Sequence record: MN445185.1
Reading direction: 5' to 3' (one strand)
Length of the DNA stretch: 64,000 nt
DNA from: Escherichia phage vB_EcoM_EC001
Part shown: one piece after another, positions 57,708 to 64,000 of the stretch
How positions within the stretch are numbered: the first letter of the stretch is position 1
Layout of the letters: every line of letters starts with the position of its first letter
Made by a program: the position numbers and the translations under genes
The notes under the pieces: model-generated
The model's database searches: none
The model's input: the letters and a program-made list of their open reading frames with translations, nothing else
What the model was told of the DNA's origin: nothing

Positions 57708-59819
57708 ATGATACTGCGAAAAAACGATTGGCGACACTATCCGGGGGCGATTGTTGACGATGTCACACCAAACGTGCACTTCCTTCAGTTCGCCACAACA
57801 CTACAAGGATTAGGTGTCCAGCATTGGTACGTCCACCTGGCATTACACAATCCCGAACTCCGTGGTGTTGATCCATTTAGCCCGGATTTAACACTCGAAC
57901 AAAAAGCGATGATTGTTACGGAGTGTGCGGAAAACCCATGGTACTTCTTCCGTGAGTGTGTCCGGGTCCCTGCGGATGGTGTAAAGAACGGGATGCCGTT
58001 TCGTCTAGACCGCGGTAACTTTTCGATGTATTGGATTTTCTTCAACAACATCGACGCCGCTATCGAGTTTCTCCGTCAGCATGGTAAAACTGTCGGGATG
58101 TCCGCATTGCTATTGTGGCTGATGCGCTTCCTGGAGAACTCACGTACGATTCTTATCACGAAGGGTCCTGCCCTGCGTGAAGAAACTATCAACAAAATGA
58201 AACAACTGCGTAACGCGTTACCGGATTATCTCTGGCCTCATCACCCAGACGATCCTGATAACCGTGAGACATTTGCATGTCTAGCGCAGGGTAACAAACT
58301 TATCACCGGCATCGGTCAAAACGATAAGGAAGCTGCGAACGGGGTAGGCCGTGGACTCACAGCCGGACGCCTGTTCTCGGATGAAGGACCGTTTACCAAC
58401 AACATCCACCATATCCTCCCTGCTGCACTAGCATCGGGTACCGCGGCGCGTCGTATTAACGAAGCCGAAGGTGTTCCATACGGCAACGTCTTCGCAACAA
58501 CGCCTGGGGATTTGGCGACAGAAGAAGGCGAGTACATGTACAGCCTGATGACGTCGGGGATTTCGTGGGATGAACGGTATATCGACATTCCGACTCGTGC
58601 ACAACTGATTGACATGATTCGCAAAGGCTCTACTGCGAAGATTCCACGTATCATGTTCTACGTGAAATACAACCACCGCCAACTCGGTACCACGGACGAA
58701 GAACTCGCAGATATGATTGCGAACGCCCCAGGTACACTAGACCAAATCCGCCGTGACTTCGGTGGTGAATGGACAACCGGTGGTTACAACAAACCGTTCT
58801 CAGGCGATGATGCAAGACGTATGAACGACTCGCGTGTTCGTGCGGCGCAGAAAATTATCTCTGCTTCCAACTACGTAACGGATTGGTATTACACTGAAGA
58901 ACAGATGCTGGTTAAAATGCAAGACCGCCACATCATCGGTTTGGATACTTCCGAAGCCGTTGGACGTGACGCCATTGCCATGTCAATCGTCAACTCTGTC
59001 ACTGCCGAATATGCCGGCAAGCTCACCGTGAACGAAACAAACGTCATCGGGTTTGCGATTCACTTAGCAGACTTCATGATCGAATATCCGAACACGGTAC
59101 TCATTCTGGAACGACGGTCTACCGGCTCCTCGGTAGCAGATGCCATCATACTGCAGCTGCAATCTAAGGTTCGCGATTTGCATCGTCGTTTGTACGTGAA
59201 AGTGACCCAGGATTACTCAAGGAACGATGAACTTTACAAAGAGTTCCATCGTGGCCCTGTGGGCAGTCCAGAGCGCTTCTGGGACAAATTCCGTAAATAC
59301 ATCGGTTTCTCAACCGACCAGGATAAACGCCGTAAGTTGTATGGTGAAGTATTTACCACGGCGTTGCGTCTTTCTGCGGACTTACTGCGGTCAGGCGAAT
59401 TGATCGACCAAATCCTCGGTCTCGTCGAACGAAACGGGCGCATAGACCACCGTGCATCCGGTCACGATGACCTGGTAATATCCTGGCTTCTGGCAATGTG
59501 GTTACTTCTGTTCGGCAACAACTTAGGCCACTACGGTATAAGTAACAGCCGACTGATGATGCGCAACCGCAATATGCTCGGGGGCATGGCAGGTGAATTC
59601 GATGAAGAGGCTGCAGTCGAGGAAGAAGAAAAGCAACAACAACTGATGGGGCAAATTGAAACGATGATTAGACAGAGTCAAGTTGTAGCCGACCCGGTAC
59701 AACAGCTCATGTACAAGAATCGTATTCAAGCGCTCGTCTCTCAACTCAACACTGACGTTCGTAACGTCGCATCGATGGAAAGCTTGAAAGAGCTAATCCA
59801 ACGACAGAGGATGAAGTGA
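57708..59819 (+). CDS. terL: terminase large subunit
   Basis: Walker A-like LRQHGKTVGMS, then a C-terminal Asp-containing segment HIIGLDTSEAVGRDAIAMSIVN consistent with a terminase nuclease domain; size 703 aa. Confidence 0.7.
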   Translation: MILRKNDWRHYPGAIVDDVTPNVHFLQFATTLQGLGVQHWYVHLALHNPELRGVDPFSPDLTLEQKAMIVTECAENPWYFFRECVRVPADGVKNGMPFRLDRGNFSMYWIFFNNIDAAIEFLRQHGKTVGMSALLLWLMRFLENSRTILITKGPALREETINKMKQLRNALPDYLWPHHPDDPDNRETFACLAQGNKLITGIGQNDKEAANGVGRGLTAGRLFSDEGPFTNNIHHILPAALASGTAARRINEAEGVPYGNVFATTPGDLATEEGEYMYSLMTSGISWDERYIDIPTRAQLIDMIRKGSTAKIPRIMFYVKYNHRQLGTTDEELADMIANAPGTLDQIRRDFGGEWTTGGYNKPFSGDDARRMNDSRVRAAQKIISASNYVTDWYYTEEQMLVKMQDRHIIGLDTSEAVGRDAIAMSIVNSVTAEYAGKLTVNETNVIGFAIHLADFMIEYPNTVLILERRSTGSSVADAIILQLQSKVRDLHRRLYVKVTQDYSRNDELYKEFHRGPVGSPERFWDKFRKYIGFSTDQDKRRKLYGEVFTTALRLSADLLRSGELIDQILGLVERNGRIDHRASGHDDLVISWLLAMWLLLFGNNLGHYGISNSRLMMRNRNMLGGMAGEFDEEAAVEEEEKQQQLMGQIETMIRQSQVVADPVQQLMYKNRIQALVSQLNTDVRNVASMESLKELIQRQRMK

Positions 59820-60058
59820 TGACTCAACTCTACTATGCAATCGTGATGGTAATGTGGATTTGTCTGTACTTTGGCTTACGCCACACCATCGAAGTAATAC
59901 GCATACACGCACAAAGTCACGATGTCTGCACACGCACAATGCGGCTCGGACAGATTATCTGTAGCTTTGGCGTATTGCTTATCGGTGGACTATCGACCGC
60001 GGGGCTACACGTTGTGTATACCCTACATCAAGTTGCCGTATCGGGAGCACTCGCCTGA
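59819..60058 (+). CDS. small membrane protein (about 2 TM helices)
   Basis: Hydrophobic segments YYAIVMVMWICLYFGL and ICSFGVLLIGGLSTAGL; start overlaps the terminase stop. Confidence 0.45.
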   Translation: MTQLYYAIVMVMWICLYFGLRHTIEVIRIHAQSHDVCTRTMRLGQIICSFGVLLIGGLSTAGLHVVYTLHQVAVSGALA

Positions 60059-60073
60059 ATCAACTTTAACTCG

Positions 60074-60131
60074 AAAAAATACGACGTTGCCACCTCTCCG
60101 AAACTGGAGAGGTGGCACTTTATTTTATTTC
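60074..60131. terminator. bidirectional rho-independent terminator
   Basis: GCCACCTCTCC-GAAACT-GGAGAGGTGGC hairpin with A-tract upstream and T-tract downstream. Confidence 0.8.
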
Positions 60132-61501
60132 TGCAAAGAGCGGATCAAGAAGTACAACAACAACGCATTACGCAAAGCGGCCAACGCGGCTTCATGGCGG
60201 ATATGTGTTTCACGTGCAGCCAGTTTCTCAATACGTTCACGTAACGATAACACGTACGGGTTGGGGGACTTCGAAGCCTGGTACAACGAACGCATACGCA
60301 GTAGAACCGTACTCGCATCGTTAAAGTTCAGACGAGAAGTAACAATTTCGTCGAACGCGTGCGATAGCGTGTCCTCCATGATAGCGTTAATCTCATCACG
60401 CTTTTTGCCAAGTGGTAGACTTGCAATATACGCCAGCAAAGTTTTCAGTGCCGCGGGAGATGCTTTGGGTACTAGCTCCAACACCACTTTTGCTAATTGC
60501 TCTTTGTAAAGATTGTTGATATCGTAAGACGCATCAAACAGATTCTGCTTAGCGATATCCAGTGCACCCACTTTGTCACGGATAATCGACTCGCCATCTA
60601 ACTCAATTCGGGTTGACTGCGTAATCACACGACTGTTATCACGACGCACTTTGTCCAGCACCGCGTAATAATCCTTCACGGTTTGTTTGGTACGGGTGTT
60701 CAGGTCGGTGATAAAACGCAATACCAGGTCTGGCGTATCAAAACGTTTAACCGCGTCGTAGTTTGGGTACTCCGGAGAACAGAAGTATTCTGAACGCTCC
60801 TGCATGTGCAGACCCCAGTTGCCTAAACGACGGATATCGAACTTTAACGACAACATCGAGTATGCGGCGTCGGCAGCGGCCATGTCGACCGGCTTGGGGA
60901 AGAAGTGATAATATATACTGGAGTAGAATTTGAATTGCAGAAGCGTTACTAACGATACCGCCGCGGCGTGGATTTCACGATCGGCGAATTTCGACATCAT
61001 TCGATGTAGAGTATACACCGTAGAGAGGTTATACGGATCACCCGCCACTGCCCAGTCGGTGTTAATCGTACCCGATTCTTTAATCATCTCGAACAGATAA
61101 TCTTCATCCACTTTCAAGACATCTTCAAAAAAGCGGTTACGGTCAGAATCGTAGAAACGAATGGTGTGGACGCCTAATAGATTAGACCCTAGCCACTCCA
61201 CATTGCCTTCACGTTTAAGAATGTTATCCACGTGAAGTTGAATTTGCTTTGCAAAACGACGATCGATAACGACGTGTTTAAAACATTCGTCAAACACTTT
61301 ACGTAATCGGTCATTCTTCATGGCTTCTGCAGCAACTACCAGCCCCATCGGAACGTAGCCGCCAAAACCGTAGTCGTAATACAAGCCCGTAGAATACGTG
61401 TCATCGTCGAAGAATGGGTCACGTCCGAATGATTCGACGGCAACCTTCACTCCGGTATCACGATAACAACCGGCACTGAAATCATAAACCAATTCAGACA
61501 T
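60125..61501 (-). CDS. hypothetical protein (458 aa), isolated reverse-strand gene
   Basis: Long ORF antisense to neighbours, SD upstream on minus strand. Confidence 0.6.
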   Translation of the reverse strand: MSELVYDFSAGCYRDTGVKVAVESFGRDPFFDDDTYSTGLYYDYGFGGYVPMGLVVAAEAMKNDRLRKVFDECFKHVVIDRRFAKQIQLHVDNILKREGNVEWLGSNLLGVHTIRFYDSDRNRFFEDVLKVDEDYLFEMIKESGTINTDWAVAGDPYNLSTVYTLHRMMSKFADREIHAAAVSLVTLLQFKFYSSIYYHFFPKPVDMAAADAAYSMLSLKFDIRRLGNWGLHMQERSEYFCSPEYPNYDAVKRFDTPDLVLRFITDLNTRTKQTVKDYYAVLDKVRRDNSRVITQSTRIELDGESIIRDKVGALDIAKQNLFDASYDINNLYKEQLAKVVLELVPKASPAALKTLLAYIASLPLGKKRDEINAIMEDTLSHAFDEIVTSRLNFNDASTVLLRMRSLYQASKSPNPYVLSLRERIEKLAARETHIRHEAALAALRNALLLYFLIRSLQK

Positions 61502-61525
61502 GGCGCTAAACCTCTAAAAATTTAC

Positions 61526-61549
61526 GGATATATGTTATCATACTGAGAG
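61526..61549 (-). promoter_or_regulatory. candidate promoter for the minus-strand gene (inverted family A-like AT-rich motif)
   Basis: Minus-strand reading CTCAGTATGATAACATATATCC resembles CTCAGACAGATATTATCTATCC at 14950; lies upstream of the 61501 start. Confidence 0.3.
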
Positions 61550-61573
61550 TATACCTGAAGGAGATTTTACCCA

Positions 61574-62707
61574 ATGATGAACTATGAACGTAAGCACGCG
61601 TGGCAAGAAAAGCTACGCACGGGGCAGATACATTCTGCCCAACAAGTGAAGATGTGGGTGCTGCCGCACGGCGTCATCTGCGAAACAGTCCAGGTCGGAG
61701 GATTACCTATTCTTCGAAATGGTAAATACGATTCGATGAACACGGTACTCGCACGCTTGCTGGCCGATGCAGGCATAATGGGTACCGTGATTTTATATTC
61801 AACCGCAACGATTCCTCAGAACCTTTCTCGCTGGTTAACACATTGGCTTTCCAATGACCCTAGCGAGGACGATCCTTGGCTACGTTCGATGACAGTGACA
61901 ACAATGGGTCAACGGCCGACGAAACCCCTCCCATTCCAGGTCAATGTAATTGAACCAGCTATTCTGGAAGCGGGTGAAGTGTTTGAAGCAATCAAACATC
62001 GATCTCGCGATGTTAGCATCAGTCAGTTTCTTATCGAAGCGAATGATGTGACTTACCGGCTGGAGCCTGTACGACGTATGGACGCTCGTATCGTCGACTG
62101 CACAGAGTTTGGGTATGTCTTGCGCACACAGGGCAACCACACGTTCCTGGCATCGATGCTTTCTCGCCGCGTGCAGGGACAATTAGCACACTACAAAGTG
62201 TCCCCTGCTGACCTCGTCGGTACCGACGTTAAGGTCGAATACACAATGTTTACCGAAGGGAATAGACTGTGTAATTTTAAGTCTCCGGTAGTCTATCGGA
62301 GTAAGGCACTTGATGCCTTAGGCGACCAGAATGTCCCGACATACGATGGCCCCTATCCGTTTAAATCGCAAGCATCTGCAAACCGTGCGCTCCTTACGGT
62401 AACTCGGTGTAAACGCGCAGCGATCACACTGACCGACGGGGAAATCTATGGTAAGGACACTGAGTCTGACGCAAAACTCTTTTCGTTCCGGCGTGGTGTA
62501 AAACCTGGATTGTATGCCGCAACGTTTGAAAAGGGGGATGACGTCGAGTTCTGGCAGTTCGACAGTGATTTTGCGGTAGATGCAATAGACCCAGAAGCGT
62601 TAGTGAGTGTCATCACAGACCAAATCTTTTACGCGACGGGTATGAGCCTGCTGGAAATCTTTTTAATGTACGATGCCAGATTACCTTCACAGTCAGTCAA
62701 AACGTAA
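61574..62707 (+). CDS. hypothetical protein (377 aa)
   Basis: Long ORF with SD GAAGGAG upstream. Confidence 0.6.
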   Translation: MMNYERKHAWQEKLRTGQIHSAQQVKMWVLPHGVICETVQVGGLPILRNGKYDSMNTVLARLLADAGIMGTVILYSTATIPQNLSRWLTHWLSNDPSEDDPWLRSMTVTTMGQRPTKPLPFQVNVIEPAILEAGEVFEAIKHRSRDVSISQFLIEANDVTYRLEPVRRMDARIVDCTEFGYVLRTQGNHTFLASMLSRRVQGQLAHYKVSPADLVGTDVKVEYTMFTEGNRLCNFKSPVVYRSKALDALGDQNVPTYDGPYPFKSQASANRALLTVTRCKRAAITLTDGEIYGKDTESDAKLFSFRRGVKPGLYAATFEKGDDVEFWQFDSDFAVDAIDPEALVSVITDQIFYATGMSLLEIFLMYDARLPSQSVKT

Positions 62708-62717
62708 GGAGCCTCCT

Positions 62718-63227
62718 ATGTTTACTGCGCCAACCGTGCAGGTGGGGCAAGGTCTTAACCTGGCGGTACACGACCAGCGGTTAATCGACCTCTGCGACAC
62801 AAGCATAATTACTGCGATGATGGACCATAACCCTTTAGGTGACTACGGAAATACCAGCGAGATTTTGGCTGTTGCTGCCGTCCTCCGTCGTATTTACGGT
62901 CAAATAACCATCGTAGATCTCTGTAACTTCATTGACAACCACAGAGATTTAACTAAAGGGTTGGTCGCACTTACTCAAGATGGTGTGTCAAGTTTTGACA
63001 GTTCTCTTGGTAATTTCCTAGACATCGGTTCCGGGTTCGACTCCGGGCTAATGTTCATCACTCGTGAACGCTACGTCGCCGTCTGGGAATTTCTGCAACG
63101 CATGGGTGTGCATGTTCCTGCAAAGATCATGCATTACCAAACTTACGACCTGAATATTTTCGGGGAGCCAGGGTTATGGATAAAACCAGTACACCTTGGC
63201 CTTGATGGCTATACCATCAAGTGTTAA
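62718..63227 (+). CDS. hypothetical protein (169 aa)
   Basis: ATG at 62718 with SD AAGGAGC; track ORF from 62673 overlaps upstream gene. Confidence 0.55.
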   Translation: MFTAPTVQVGQGLNLAVHDQRLIDLCDTSIITAMMDHNPLGDYGNTSEILAVAAVLRRIYGQITIVDLCNFIDNHRDLTKGLVALTQDGVSSFDSSLGNFLDIGSGFDSGLMFITRERYVAVWEFLQRMGVHVPAKIMHYQTYDLNIFGEPGLWIKPVHLGLDGYTIKC

Positions 63228-63233
63228 GTCACT

Positions 63234-63285
63234 AGGCGTACTCTCTTCGGGGAGTACGCCAATCTTATTTTTTTTGTTTTTTTAA
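63234..63285 (+). terminator. rho-independent terminator
   Basis: GGCGTACTC-TCTTCGG-GGAGTACGCC hairpin followed by long T-tract. Confidence 0.8.
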
Positions 63286-63289
63286 CCAT

Positions 63290-64000
63290 CTGATTAAAGA
63301 GGTCTAGGAAACACCAGAAAACGATTAAGTGGTCTGGATGTAGGGTAGCTCATTTTTGATAGTTTATCGTTTTCTAGGGTCAATTACGTGCGTTTTAGAG
63401 GGGGTCTTGCATCGAGTCGGTGAATTTATTTTTGTCGGGGCGAGGAAATTCAGGGAATGGGGATTCAGGATTGTATGTTTTTTAACCAGTTATTAAAAAC
63501 GCTCTAGAAAGCGCTAGAACGAGATTTATACCTGACCCAGTACACTTGGGTTCCCCCTACCGGAAAATCGCGCCAGCGGGCCGCTGAGAGCGCGAGAGAG
63601 CCATTCCCGTTTCGGTTCCGGGACGACGGTCGCGGCCGGCGACGACGATCACACGTTGGGTAGCACTTCGTGCCATGTCTGGGTGAAAACTGGATCGTTC
63701 TGTAACCGACACACACTGTCGGTTACTTACGAGTTCTTTGGGTTGTTTAACTCACTCTAAAATCCCCCTTAGGGGATAATTTAATCTAATTCTCAAAATT
63801 TCTTTTTAAAACAATCACTTAGATTGTTTTTTAGATCGATCCTGTGGATCGGGTCGAAGACCCTTTCCTTATACGCGTGCGCGTGCGCACACCCGTATCC
63901 TCCAGGATCTTTTAAAATATATAATAATATTAAATATAATAATACCTTTAGGTATTATATTTAATTATTATAATTATTTATATAAATAAATATATTAATA
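63290..64000. other. ~710-bp structured non-coding region: hairpins with ACAC loops, GC-rich island, alternating CG tract, terminal AT-rich block
   Basis: No credible ORF; perfect inverted repeat GTAACCGACA-CACAC-TGTCGGTTAC near 63700; CGATCC-TGT-GGATCG; ACGCGTGCGCGTGCGCACAC; final ~100 bp almost pure A/T with ATAATACC-TTTA-GGTATTAT. Confidence 0.6.

Noticed and set aside
63504-63716. 70-aa minus-strand ORF in the GC-rich island of the terminal non-coding region
   Set aside because: Arg/Pro-rich low-complexity translation, no ribosome-binding site, and it lies in a region dominated by palindromes; more likely non-coding.
1-64000. tRNA genes, rRNA genes and CRISPR arrays
   Set aside because: No regularly spaced direct repeats and no tRNA-like T-loop/acceptor-stem patterns seen in the intergenic regions by eye; a tRNAscan-type search was not possible, so small tRNAs cannot be fully excluded.
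1-64000. Integrase, excisionase, repressor or transposase indicating a prophage or mobile element
   Set aside because: No tyrosine/serine recombinase or DDE transposase motifs recognised; gene content (terminase, RNAP, virion giant protein, nucleotide metabolism) fits a virulent phage.

Overview
This window reads as a densely coding fragment (about 65 CDSs, over 90% coding) of a large virulent dsDNA bacteriophage with Enterobacteriaceae-like codon usage and strong Shine-Dalgarno sites (recurring TAAGGAGTATTTAAC-ATG context). I found no rRNA, tRNA, CRISPR array, integrase or transposase. Genes sit mostly on the + strand in translationally coupled operons separated by strong hairpin/T-tract terminators, several of them bidirectional. 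Recognisable products: a host-like thymidylate synthase with two insertions, a DEDDh exonuclease coupled to an RNase HI-fusion protein, a putative UvsX/RecA-like ATPase, a HAD nucleotidase, an HD hydrolase, a terminase large subunit, and candidate tail sheath/tube genes. The most notable locus is a 2373-aa virion protein with a lytic transglycosylase domain (minus strand), flanked divergently by genes for a beta-prime-like (DYDGD catalytic loop) and a beta-like subunit of a non-canonical, apparently split multisubunit RNA polymerase. That layout recalls phiKZ-type jumbo phages, but this is inference from motifs and memory, not a search. Two recurrent intergenic motif families are candidate phage promoters, and the last ~760 bp is a structured non-coding region. 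Most other ORFs have no recognisable function. All coordinates come from the supplied ORF track plus manual start-codon adjustment; no database search or computation was run.
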